DNA of 64,000 nt from Octopus bimaculoides (lineage: Eukaryota). The DNA lies in NCBI RefSeq assembly GCF_001194135.2, contig NC_068982.1, forward strand, positions 190,862,834-190,926,833, in the 5' to 3' direction. This document shows, one piece after another, positions 51,479-64,000 of the stretch. Under the pieces are notes generated by a model. The model was not told the origin of the DNA. It made no database searches and saw nothing but the letters and a program-made list of their open reading frames with translations. Both the position numbers and the translations under genes were made by a program. Position 1 is the first letter of the stretch. Each line of letters begins with the position of its first letter.

Positions 51479-52774
51479 TCCACCTGTGCAAAGTGCCTTG
51501 TTGTGGGATTGAAACTGGGACCCTATGGTTGCAAAGAAAACTTCTTCATCACATACTTATACCTGTGCTACTTTTCAATCTTTGATGATTGTTATTTCTC
51601 ATGAGAGAAAATTCAATTTGTGCACCCTCTATGTGTGTGTAAGTGTGCATGCACGCACTTATGTGTGTGTGTATGTGCGTGTGTGTGATAATCATTACCA
51701 TATATTCACCTTTGTTACAAGCATGAGTCAGACAATTTATCAGTGTGAGTCACTCCCCATCAAGAACTGCTTCTCTCAGTCTAGGTTCCCTTACATGTCA
51801 TTTGGCTTGGTTTCTATGACCGGATGCCCTTCCTAACCCTAACTCCACCCCTTACAGAGTACCCTGGGTACATTTTTATGTTTGTGGCACAAACACTAGA
51901 GAAGTTCTTAGTAAGACTGGACTGGAGGGGAGGGGCTTCATAACCCGACACTTTCACTGCCCCTACTGTCAGCCATTTCATAATGGACGCAGTAGAAGGG
52001 ACAATGCTGAAAGAAATGCCAGAAGAGAGTACTGATTGGTAAGGGGCTTAGGGTATAAACGTGGGTGCAGAGAGTCCTTGATAAAGTAGGGCACCGTCAA
52101 GTGCACATCTCAGTTAGTCGGGCCCCTTGCATCTTCACCGAACTATGCAGCATATTATATGACCTAAGTATAAGTATTGCTCACCATGACAACAAGGCAA
52201 GATGTTGAGGTGGATGTGGAGCATGTCCTGTGATGTGTTGTATGGGAAGAAATGCAATTTGAGATTGTTGAATTTGCTATAAATGAATGTGTCGGTAATG
52301 TGAATGAATTCTAGCTGTGTTTGTTACAAACAATAGTAGAGCGGAATGAAAGGCAATACTTTGTTGTTTTAAGGGGAAGTCAGCCATAACTGACTGCTGC
52401 AAGACACTCACCACATGTTAAGTCATCGACGAGTAATGAAATGGCTTAATGGGAAATAGTTATTTTTTTCAGTCATGCTGTTGAGTTTTGTTTGTTTTAG
52501 AGCAAATCCATGGCAGCCAATAATGGTGGAGGAGAGAAGGCACTGGCACCACTCCCTTCTTCCACTCTTTTACTGAAGCCAGACAAGGAGTTCCACTCAG
52601 CTTATTCAATGTAACAAGTAAATCGCTTGTCAGTAAACTCCTTAAGCACTTCAGAAATCAGGACCAGATTGTAACGAGTTTTTAGGACAACCTTCTCGTA
52701 ATGTAAACTAGATGTCAAAATCTAGAACACTGAAAGTCAAATGACACACTAAACATACTATGTTTAATAAAGCA

Positions 52775-53170
52775 TAGTTAAGAAGTTTGCTTTCCAACTG
52801 CAGGGTTTCAGGTTCTGTCCCACTGTATGGTACATTGGGAAAGTATTTTCTACAACAGCCTTGGGCCAACACATGCCTTGTGGGTCAGTCTGGTAGACAG
52901 AAACTGAAAGAATCCCATTATGTATATATGCGTGTTTATGTTTGTGTGTTATTGTCTCCTTGCCTTGACAGTGCCTGATGGCTGTAATCAAGTGTCATTG
53001 TCATACAAGCAGTGTCATTCATTTCCAATCTTCTGTGAAAACATGTCTGGCCATGGAAACAGGTGAGGGTTAGTGATGGGAAGGGCATCCGGCCATAGTA
53101 CATCTGCCTCAACAAATTCCCTCTGACCCATGCAAGCATGGAAAAGCAGACGTTAAATGATGATGATGAC
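52775..53170 (+). mobile_element. SINE with family A head and an RTE-type (GAT)n tail
   Basis: A-type head and body to about 52985, then GGAAGGGCATCCGGCCATAG..CCCATGCAAGCATGGAAAAGCAGACGTTAAATGATG. Similar chimera at 28762-29045. Confidence 0.7.
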
Positions 53171-54091
53171 TGTCATTGTTTAGTGCCAGGCCAGCCCTGA
53201 TAGAACCATTTTAGCCTTTAGATCTGTACCTAGGTATTACACACTTTGTTGAATACTCTATGCTGTGTATGTACCAAAGACCACCCCCACCACTATACAA
53301 TTAACAGCAAATAAGTTTGGAAATTTTGTTTGGAGCTTATTATAGAATTATTAAAAGGGGAATTCTGATAGCGAATATATGGGACAAAAGATAGAAATAT
53401 TGTCTCTGCTACAATGGCTGCAAAATATTCACTTTCATTGTTCATTGTGTAAAACAAAACCAGTTTCATTTTATATTTATTTCTTTTCTAACATCTGTTT
53501 ACCATTGTAACCTGATTGCAATGCTTCTGCTACGATAGACTTTCATGAATTGTTGGAGCACATGTTTTTACAGCTGGATACCCTCCAGGTGTGAAATTGT
53601 GGAATGAGGGTGGCTGTGGAGGGTAGATGGTATATTTTTATTCAGCTATTTATAATTAAAATAAACATTGTTACAGTGTGTCTTCTAGAAACACATTTAG
53701 TATTAGACTTTGACCTTCTAACCACTTTTCTGCTGGTTCTCCACCATTGTACTTCCCATTCCCACCCTTCCATCCACCTCTTATAATCCACCATAGAATG
53801 TTCTAATATCATACTGTAAAAACACCCCCAAATATGTGTGTGTGCGTGAGAATAATATAACACAAAGATAGAAATATTAGGCTTTGATGGCAAACCACAA
53901 CAATTGTTTCTGCGCTGGACACTAGCTTTATGTTGTTGAGTTTATGATTTACTATTAAAGCCTGATATTTCCATCTTTGTATTCTTCTGTTAATCCTATT
54001 CAGTGGCAGAGTTCCACATGGGTATCCAGCCTTGGAAAATATCCTGCTGTAGGATTGCATGTGGTAGCCAGTAAAGGTATAGATTATATAT

Positions 54092-54127
<36 letters not shown>

Positions 54128-54231
54128 CATGCATGCACACACACACACATTGTTTTTATTTATTTAGTGATAGAAAAGCTTCCAGGTGCCTACTACACCC
54201 TTCTGTTAGGAATATGTACTGTCTGATATAC

Positions 54232-54290
<59 letters not shown>

Positions 54291-55086
54291 TTGTATATGA
54301 ATTAAACTAAATTCTTTGTCGAGTCTTAAAGATCTCATCCAATTGACCTTCACCGTGGACTCATCACTGCTTTCTCTCCCTTGATTGACCATAATGTTGA
54401 CTTAGACCCAGTGAAGAGCCAGTGGTTAGGAACTCTCAAGAGAGCTGGACAGCAGAAGGTCTTCAGAGAAGAAACCTCTTCACAGACAAGTGTTTCAGCC
54501 CTTAACTTCAGCCCCTAACTTCTAAGGGGCCTAGGCATGACTCCTGTATACCCTTCTGCTGATACTTTTTCACCACTTGGGTATCAGAGACTTGTGCATT
54601 TAAACTTCTTGGAGATTTCATGTAGTTGGAACTTCTCTCTGTTGACTCCACATTCAAACTCCTACTAAAAGAAGAAATAATGTTGGTTGTCAAGGTAGCA
54701 GGGAAACATTAACACTATCACAAGGACTCACTCAGAGTTACTTCCCTTAGCATAAACATGAAAATATTGCCTTCAAACAGTATGGAGGTCATTTCTGTTT
54801 CTTCTCGACCAAATCCAGCTACAAGATCTCTCCACTGTGTCTGCTATTGCATTTAGAGCTTTGGCCTGGTTCTAGGACAAAATCCTCCCACAGTCAATAT
54901 CCCCCAGGATATTCTTCTTTCTTTACAATAAAAATATTTTAGGGAAGTGAAATTTTGTAAAAAAAAGTTTTAAATATTTATTAATTGATATTTTTGTTTA
55001 GAATTTGTCCTTGGAGGGGATTTTGTCCTGTTACCCTTTGTCCCTGTTCTTCACAGACACTGAGAGTTGTTTCTTCAATGTGGTGC

Positions 55087-55550
55087 CCCAGCATGTTGTG
55101 TATTTGGTGGAATTTGCAGGGAGCGTTGCACTTTGAATTTGTCCAAGATGGTTATGTTCTCAACACTAACTTTTATGCTCAGCAGCTGCAGCAAATTTAT
55201 GATGCTTTGAAAGTCTGCTATCTGACAATGGTCAATCAAAGATGCACATTCCTACAACATGACAATGGCCCAGCACACACCACTAATGTGACCAAGTGCA
55301 AACTCGAGAGGTTAGAAGTGCTTCCTCATCCTGCCTAAAGTCCAGACCTTGGACTACTTCTGAGCTACAACTCATTTTTTTTTTTTTGCACAAACGGAAG
55401 TTCAACAATGTAGACGAAGTTGAAAATGGGTGCAGTGACTTTTTCTTTTGCTTCTAAACCAGTCAAATGGTATAAGCATGGATCTGAGCTTCTGGCACAA
55501 CAATGGCAGCAGACAAGCAAATATAACAGGATATATCTTGATGAATAAAT
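55087..55550 (+). pseudogene. mariner transposase catalytic-domain fragment
   Basis: MLCIWWNLQGALHFE..FYAQQL..FLQHDNGPAHT..LEVLPHPA*SPDL (second D and YSPDL-type motif). Confidence 0.9.
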
Positions 55551-55789
55551 GCTTTGCATATGTAATTTGGTTGAAATACAACTCTGTGATGATGATTTGC
55601 AATATTTTCAAACGTAGTCTTTTGTCAGAATTTCATTTGCAAACAGTTTCATTTGTTGTGCCAGGAACAGCAACACGGTTCTCACTCACCTGACATTTGG
55701 GGATCTTTGAACCTAAAGAGAAGAAACGCTCAGTGAACTGGGAATTAGTAAGTCAGTCTTTGTATCATATATATCACATGAAATATTAA

Positions 55790-56760
55790 TAATAATTATT
55801 AGTATTACTTTACTTCTCAGAGAACTCAATTTCGTTTTGTTCTGGTGGATTCCGTCAGAGCAGACAGCAGCCTGCTGTCAGAAGTCTCACAGGGTCTCTT
55901 TCTGCACATTGATACTAGGCTCTTAATTAATGTGGAAGACATTCAACATCCAAGTACCAGTCTCAAAATCCTAGTTATCCCCAGCATGTTTCTCAAACTT
56001 GGTTCCTAGTGCTCCGAATGCCCTTAAAACTACTGGAATGACAAACACTCTCCTCATAGTCCACATTCTTGCGATTTTGTCTTTTAGTAGTCTGTATTTT
56101 TCAATCTTTTCTAGTTCTTTGCCATTTATGCATGTATCCCCTGGTATTGCAATATCTATAATTTTGGTTTCCTTTTTTCCTTTATCTACCACAACAATAT
56201 CTGGTCTCCCAGCATTCATTAGGGAGTCACATTGGATTGTAAAATCCTACAGTATCTTATATTCCTTGTTCTCTGTGACACCTTCTGGTTCGTTTTCGTA
56301 TCATTTCCATGCTCTGTTCAGGCCATACTTTCTACATAGCCTCCAGTAGATGAACTTAGCCATGTTATTGTGCCTCCTTTTGTTGTGCTTTTAGGCCAAC
56401 TTGCTACACTCACTCACAATATGCGAGATTGTTTCATTTCCGCTGCCACACATCCTACAAAGGGCCGATTCGCTACTCTTATCTATTTGGAACTTGGTGT
56501 CATTAGTTCTCAGAGCTTGTTCCTGGGTGCTGCTTACCAATGCCTCAGTGCATCCTTTCACATCACTTTTCCTTAGCCATCTCCAAATGGTGGTCTTGTC
56601 AGTGATTTCAGTTTTCAATTGTTTATTCATTCTTCTTCACTTTGTTTCTTAAATGTTTGTGGGTGCATCAAATTTTCTGTAGGTATTGTATTGTTCATTT
56701 TAACAGTGACAAACAAGAATTCACTCCGCTGTTTGATGTACCAACCCAGACTGTTCTTCT
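55790..56760 (-). mobile_element. R4/Dong-clade LINE 3' part (CCHC zinc knuckle plus restriction-like endonuclease), frameshifted
   Basis: NSLGWYIK; QEQALRTN..CRMCGSGNETISHIVSEC; RPDIVVVDKGKKETKIIDIAIPGD..KELEKIEKY; (TAA)-rich tail near 55790. Confidence 0.92.
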
Positions 56761-56761
56761 C

Positions 56762-56762
<1 letters not shown>

Positions 56763-56799
<37 letters not shown>

Positions 56800-57005
56800 T
56801 TATATGAAAACTCACATATTTTGCTTATTTCGCTGGTTATGGTGGAAAGCATCAGCTGTCCCCAGCCAGCAGACTGAGGTGACCCTTGTTTACTGGTCAT
56901 GCTTCAAGGACCCTGCAAAGAACTCTCGCAGTTCCAAGCATGGCTGATTTCCCTTCACACTTGCACCAATCTTTTTCAGCCATGCTGGTAGTTGGGTGCT
57001 GATAC
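56763..57005 (-). mobile_element. second R4/Dong-type 3' end with (TAA)n tail
   Basis: WLKKIGASVK..SAMLGTARVLCRVLEA* followed by UTR and (AAT)n. Confidence 0.75.
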
Positions 57006-57053
<48 letters not shown>

Positions 57054-58207
57054 GGCAGCAAACTGGCAGAACAATCGACCAATGGTAATTTTGGAGAAAT
57101 TCCACGCAAAGAATCTCAGATTACGCTTCCATTTCCAAGTGCCCCCCAATTTCACTCCTTTTTCTCATAAAAGCATATTCTGTGTAGGCCTATTCAGATT
57201 CACCAGTCTTGTCACAATCATCTGGAGTGATGATCTGTCTGTTAGTCACAATAAACATTTGTCTATAATGTTAAAACTCATTTTGTACCAACCCTCCTGT
57301 CACTGACCCCTGGATCTATGATACAAATTTCATGTTTTTAAATTATCTAAAAACCTTTCACCAAAACTTGATGTTAATCTATGTTCTAAACACCAGCTTA
57401 ATAACGATAATTAGTTGACTACGTTCTTCAATATTTTCAAAATTAATTTAAACAAAGGCAATGGATTTCAACAGAAATATGGTAAGGAAAGGGTTGGGGG
57501 TGGGAGGCAGTGGTAGAGCTAATTTTATGGCCATGTCCACCTTGTCACCATGGAAAATAACATTAAAATCACAGCAGCAGGTTTAACTGGAACAGTATTC
57601 CTTTGCTCTATTTCACATTAAATAACCATAAGTCCAATGGCTGAATTAGATTGAAATTAAATAACAATGGTTGTAAGCTTCCCTTTTAGGAATCAAAGGC
57701 CATTTATTTTTGTTCTTTATTGTTTTATTATAAATGTCCATGGTACTACTGGAATATTAAAACTTTTATGAAGTCTGCAGCCACACGTAGCAATAGCCAT
57801 GAAGGGAGCATGTTTGAATTGTATCAGTTTAGAAAACATCAGATGATTGGATTTTGAATTTTGTTAAATGGAATTATGCTTGTGAAAACACATTGGCAAT
57901 CTTCCATTTAATGCCTGACCCAAGATTTCCACTCGTTGAAGCATTGTCAGAACTGTAGTAGAGAATAAAGAATGACTTGGTTGCACGTCAGTTTTGTATT
58001 AATATGCAACGAACCATCAATATCGCTAATGGGAAAAAATGTCACGATGAAGGTGGAGGCATCGGTGAGGTCGACGATATCATTATGGCTGATTAATGAG
58101 AGACTGTGTGCGGTGGGGAGAGTGAGAGTGGAGTTATATGGTTTCTATATCCCACACTTAAACATGAGAACTCTGACTACATGACAGGCCAAACTGATAT
58201 ATAAAGA

Positions 58208-58243
<36 letters not shown>

Positions 58244-58939
58244 AAAGAGAGAGAGAGAGAGAGAGACGACCAGCTGGAGTGATATAATTGGTGTGAAATA
58301 ATTACTTGGATGTAAACTGTCTTAACACAATGGCTGCATACACGTGGGTCCTGTTAAAAGGTTACACACACACACACACCCGCACATACATACATATACA
58401 CGCAAGCATGTGCACATAATTCAATACGTGACAGCATGGCAAGTTGACATAAGTTGGTGATGAATAATGAATGGCGCAAAAACATATGCAAACAACACTT
58501 CACACTTCGTCTATCATATATATTATCATCATCATCATCGTTTAACGTCTGCTTTCCATGCTGGCATGGGTTGGACGGTTTGACTGAGGACTGGTGAACC
58601 AGAGGCTGGACCAGGCTCCAATCTGATCTGGCAGAGTTTCTACAGCTGGATGCCCTTCCTAACACCAACCACTCTGAGTGTAGTGGGTGCTTTTTACGTG
58701 CCACTGGTACAAGGGCCAGTCAGTCAGAATCAGGCAGTACTGTCATTGGCCATGTCAGTGATTTAGGTATTTATATATGTATATATATATATGTGTGTGT
58801 GTGTATATATGTATGTGTGTGTGTGTATATGTGTGTTATGAAGACAGATCATCAAAAGCTAAGAGGTGATCTTGGTTGATGAGAAACAAAAGGTGATCAG
58901 CAAAACCTCCATTTGCTCGGTCATATTTAAGATGAATCG

Positions 58940-59232
58940 TTCTGGTACTTCGTCGGTTCCTGTCAATCTGATCAACAGAACAGGGTGATCATGAAATTAA
59001 CATGCAAGTGGCTGAGCACTCCACAGACATGCGAACCCTTAATGTAGTTCTCAAGGAGATTCAACGTGACAGAATGTGACAATTCTGACCCTTTAAATTA
59101 CAGGTACAACTCATTTTTACCAGCTGAATGGACTGGAGCAACGTGAAATAAAGTGTCTTGCTCAAGGAATCAAACTCATGGCTTTATGACCATGTGCTGG
59201 TCATACCCTGACCACTAAGCCGTGAGCCTTCA
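58940..59232 (-). mobile_element. SINE family E (family C head and centre, different tail)
   Basis: GGCTTAGTGGTCAGGG head, TTGAGCAAGACACTTTATTTCACGTTGCTCCAGTCCA centre, tail ending GACGAAGTACCA; deleted copy at about 14015-14190. Confidence 0.75.
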
Positions 59233-59607
59233 CTGAAGAAAGACACATTATTGTTAGTGCTATTGATGTCTTTCTGCATGGTTGCACATTCTTCGTTGGT
59301 GGCAGAAAGATGGTGCCAATGAAACTGGAAAAATCAAGAATGGGTCCAACAAATCAATTAATATTTAATAACGATGATTAGAATAATCCGTATGTTTGTG
59401 TTTCTATTTTATGATGCACACGTACACATGCTAGCCTACATTATCAGGTGAATAATTCTTTACCTAATTTTAATCAGACAATACATAATTATTGATCGAT
59501 TAACCTCTTGGCCAAGTAATACTAACTACCAACAGATTATCTACAACAATTAATCTGCCTTATTTCACAAATGTATTCTTCTTATTATTATTGTTATTGT
59601 TATTATT

Positions 59608-60082
59608 AAGGTGGTGAGCTGGCAGGATCGTTAGCATGCTGGATGAAATGCTTAGTGGTATTTCACCCATCGCTGCGTTTTGAGTTCAAATTCTATCAAT
59701 GTCGACTTTGCCTTTCATCCTTTCAAGGTTGATAAATTAAGTACCAGTTTAGCACTGAGGAGTCAATGTAATTGACTCATTCCCTCCCTCAAAATGGAAG
59801 CCTTTGTGGTAAAATTTGAAACCATTATTATTATTATTATTATTATTATCATTGTTATTATTATTATTAAGGTGACAAGCTGACAGAATCGTTAGCACAC
59901 CGGGCGAACTGCTTAATGGCCTTTTTTTCTGTCTTTATATTCTGAGTTCAAATTCTTTCGAGGTCAACTTCGCCTTTCATCCTTTCAGTGTCAGTAAAAT
60001 AGGTACCAATTGATCACTGGGGTGATGTAATCAAGTTATACACTCCCCCAAAGTTGCTGGCCTTGTGTCAAAATTTGAAATC
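59608..60082 (+). mobile_element. two head-to-tail SINE D copies separated by (ATT)n
   Basis: 59608-59823 and 59869-60082, each ending AAATTTGAAA(C/T)CATTATTATT. Confidence 0.85.
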
Positions 60083-60181
60083 ATTATTATTATTATTGCT
60101 GTTTTTGTTGCTTATGCAACCATAATAACAGAACTGGTTTAGTTTTTATATTTGTTTTTTTACGGGTGTGGGTGTCGTATG

Positions 60182-60212
<31 letters not shown>

Positions 60213-61828
60213 TGACATCTCATGCTGATTATAAGCAAATATCTACTATACAAGCAATGTCATCTGTCTAGTTCTTCATGAAAACCTAATCAATCATTGG
60301 GCTGTTCATGTTCAAAGCACCAAGACAAATATTAGCTTACTCAGAAACAGCTGAGGGTTGATGACAGGGAAAGCATCTGGGCATGCACCCCCCCCCCAAT
60401 AAATTTTTTAAAAATTTTAAGACAATAATGATGCATCAGTCAATTCCCGCTGTCTCCACCTGCGATAGAATGCACCCTGGCATCAGATAATTACCTCCAT
60501 AGTATTTGTAAGAGCATTCAAGACTTGTCTGTGCTCTGATTTAATCTCTCCATCTCTCAAGCTGCCAACCTGTTTCTTTTTCCATTAATCATGCCTTCCA
60601 AACAGTTCTTGCCGATTCTACACAGATGCACTCTCATTTTATACAGAAGCAAACACAAGAAAAGGAAAGACAAAGGACCAGAATCTGCTCAATGCAAAAT
60701 TGCAAAAGCAGACTCTAAAAAGCTAGTCAAAAAAGACAAGGTCAAGCAACAGCACACTGACCTAATACTGCCCAAAACAAAGCTTAAAATAGCTAGAGAA
60801 TCATGGACCAAAATGGCAACCTTCTGATTAGTGAAGACAAAATTCTTGAAAGATGATGGTGTGTCTACCGATACATATATATATGTTTGTTTGTGTGTGT
60901 GAGTGCACACACACGCACACATATATCACCCAAAATAGAAACAGTACCAGCACTTCCATGTGGCATGCTTGAACAATTGTGAAGATCATTTCACATGAAA
61001 CCATTGGTTGCCTTGTTAATCCACAAATAAACTATATATATATATATATATTTATATGTAATCGCACATACATATATATTTCAGTACTTTGTTACTCATT
61101 AATTTCCTACCTTCCCACACCTGCCTTTCTCTCTTCCTTTCCTTTCCTTTTTATCTCCCCCCCCCCCATTCACATAGCACTTTTTTTCCTCATGTCTTTA
61201 TTTGCCAAAATATAAGGTAAACTTTGTTCCGTGCTTCTATGACCATTTTAGTTCCTCTCTCCTTTCTACTATAGGCACAAGGCCAGAAATTTGCTGGCAG
61301 GGGTTAAGTTGATTACATCAACCCCAGTGTTACACTGGTACTTAATTTATCGACCCGAAAGGATGAAAGGCAAAGTCGACCTTGGCAGAATTTGAACTGA
61401 GAACGTAAAGACAGATGAAATACCTCTCAGCATTCCATCCAGTGTGCTAACCATTAACGCCAGACTACTACTTGTGGTAGTAGTAATAGTTTATTGTATA
61501 ATGTAGTTACTTGGCAACGTCACTGGTGCTGATGCCATGCAGAGGGCATCCAATGCAGTCTGATCCATTCGTTGACACTGCATCAAAGAAACCAAGGAAC
61601 AAAAGGTCAAAGAAAAAAGAAAAAAAATGCACTCAACACTAGAGCTGAAGACACCTCTAAAAGGCAGGGCCCCACCACATCGGAAGCAGTAGAGGAGTAG
61701 GGGCCGAAATTGGACATGGTCCTCCTGATGATGTCCTTAGCCACTTGACCCAAGAGTATTGAGTCCTTTGTACATGACACCAGCATAGGTACATTATACA
61801 TGGCCGATGTAGAATATAACAAAATTGA

Positions 61829-62560
61829 TTGGGTAATGTGAATACCCGTCAGAGTGTAAGTATCTTGAGAGAAAAGCTGAACATTAGAAGCATCAGTTGT
61901 GGCGTGCAAGAGAGACGATTGCGCTGGTATGGACATGTGGTGAGAATGGATGAGGATAGCTGCGTGAAAAAGTGCCACACCCTAACAGTTGAGGGAACCC
62001 GTGGAAGAGGTAGGCCCAGGAAGACCTGGGCTGAGGTGGTGAGGCAAGACCTTCGTACATTGGGCCTCACCGAGGCGATGACTACGGACCGAGACCTTTG
62101 GAAATGGGCTGTGCGTGAGAAGACCCGGCAAGCCAAGTNNNNNNNNNNNNNNNNNNNNNNNNNNNNNNNNNNNNNNNNNNNNNNNNNNNNNNNNNNNNNN
62201 NNNNNNNNNNNNNNNNNNNNNNNNNNNNNNNNNNNNNNNNNNNNNNNNNNNNNNNNNNNNNNNNNNNNNNNCTGTAGGATTTTCGAGCGAGATCGTTGCC
62301 AGTGCCCCTGGACTGGCTTGTGCGGGTGGCACATAAAAGACACCATTTCGAGCGTGGCCGTTTTCGTGCGGGTGACACGTAAAAGCACCCACTACACTCT
62401 CTGAGTGGTTGGCGTTAGGAAGGGCATCCAGCTGTAGAAACTCTGCCAAATCAGACTGGAGCCTGGTGTTGCCATCCGGTTTCACCAGTCCTCAGTCAAA
62501 TCGTCCAACCCATGCTAGCATGGAAAGCGGACGTTAAACGATGATGATGATGATGATGAT
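61829..62560 (+). mobile_element. young 5'-truncated RTE LINE (RT C-terminus, gap, 3' UTR, (GAT)n tail)
   Basis: LREKLNIRSISCGVQERRLRWYGHVVRMDEDSCVKKCHTLTVEGTRGRGRPRKTWAEVVRQDLRTLGLTEAMTTDRDLW, intact frame and CpG-rich; it defines the tail family. Confidence 0.95.
62139..62271. other. assembly gap
   Basis: Run of N inside the RTE 3' UTR. Confidence 1.
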
Positions 62561-62819
62561 GATTGGGTGTCCAATCTTTTCGCCATTACATACATTCATG
62601 TTTTTAAGTTCATATTTTGTGTATATAACCGTGTTTAGCCACAGAGATGGAGTTTTGAAAAGCTGATGGGCTGAAGTGATTCAGATTACATTTACCTGGT
62701 TTTCCTTTCAAAGTTTAGAGAGAACGGAAAAGATAGTGTGTGTGTGAGAGAGAGAGAGAGACCAGGACCTTCAGACTGTGCTGATATGCAATGACCAGTT
62801 TTGGTCCACTGAAACTATC

Positions 62820-63125
62820 CATTTGACTGCAGCCATGCTGGAGCACCACCTTTAGTCAAACAAATTGGCCCCTAGACTTATTCTTTATAACCCTAGTATT
62901 TGTTCTATCACTCATTTTTGCTGAACCACTAAATTACAGGGACGTAAACACACCAACATTGGTTGTGAAGCAATGGTGGGAGGACAAGCACAGACACACA
63001 AAGACATACATATATTTATATACGACAGGCTTCTTTCAGTTTCCATCTACCAAATCCACTCACAAGGCTTTGGTCAGCCCAAGGCTATAGTATAAGACAC
63101 TTGCCCAAGGTGCCACACAGTGGAC
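62820..63125 (-). mobile_element. SINE family A
   Basis: GACTGCAGCCATGCTGGAGCACC tail to GCCCAAGGTGCCACACAGTGG; head truncated. Confidence 0.8.
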
Positions 63126-63754
63126 AGATGACAACTTTTAGATCTTGCTTGTAGGACCGATTTCTAAGGTGTCTAACAATGGAAGTCAGGGAGAACTTTT
63201 TTCCTGCCTGCCAAAACACACTTCCACACGTTTTGCTCTCCATCTTGCAAATTTCTCTTGGACACATACTGACATAGATGGCGACACATGTCTTTTATCG
63301 ATGTAGACACATTTTATACGATAACACACAAATGCATGTAGGCACATATGCATGCATGCAGATACACGTGCACACATGCAGATACATACATACATATATA
63401 TATGTCTGTATGAAAACATACAGACACATATTCACACACCCATATACACATATACACAGAAACACCCGCATATGCAATGCCATGCACAAAGCAATGCACA
63501 CATTGGAAAACTGGTCTGCCATATTTGAAGGTTATTCTGAAGAATTCTCTTGTGAAATGGGGTTCTTTTTCTTTTTTCTTTTTTTTTCTCCAGTAGCGAC
63601 ATTGGCTTTGTTTACTTGTTAGGTGAGTGTCTGTTGAGACAACAACAACAACTGCAGTGAGATGATCTCCTCCAATGATGTGTGTTTGATATCGTTGCCG
63701 TTGTCTCCCTTCTCTTACCAAGGTGCTTCAATGACCTACTTTCTCACCATTATC

Positions 63755-63795
<41 letters not shown>

Positions 63796-64000
63796 TCCCT
63801 CTCTCTCTCTTCCTCCTTTCATTACCATTCACACCTGCCACCACCACCACTGCCACCACTGCTGTCGCCTTTATCAAATTGAAATCCTCTCAAAACCAGA
63901 GCTACTTCAAAGTAAAAACAATGATATATGTGCGCACGCGCGCACACACGCACACACACACACATATATACAGATATATCTGCATGCATTCATCCGTATA

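Noticed and set aside
52000-52700. Possible L2/CR1 RT relic (EWKKGVVPVP, YLGHII)
   Set aside because: Motif spacing is too short and frames are inconsistent; too decayed to call.
57880-58170. Minus-strand open frame with LISHNDIVDLTDASTF (LRR-like)
   Set aside because: Spacing does not fit LxxLxLxxN, it is a single unit, and there is no start codon or splice support.
61630-61830. GC-richer patch with LYCFRCG (zinc-knuckle-like)
   Set aside because: The remaining CCHC ligands are absent and there is an in-frame stop.

Overview
AT-rich, repeat-saturated eukaryotic DNA with three N-gaps. Its repeat families match what I recall of octopus (coleoid cephalopod) genomes; that assignment is an inference. 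The window is mostly tRNA-derived SINEs of several head/tail types, 5'-truncated RTE LINE ends with (GAT)n tails, an R4/Dong-type LINE fragment, four decayed mariner elements and many microsatellites. I recognise no intact host gene, and most ORFs in the supplied track are microsatellite or SINE artefacts. The best signals are two unrelated small retroelements that each carry a minimal type I hammerhead ribozyme motif on the minus strand. One is a 354-bp-period unit with terminal redundancy, a 5' inversion and a 14-bp target-site duplication (15514-16000). The other is a tRNA-headed SINE with the hammerhead in its tail (17304-17532). There is also a 71-bp exact templated replacement inside a mariner transposase and several low-confidence splice-site-bounded exon candidates. 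Repeat boundaries were read by eye and may be off by 10-20 bp.
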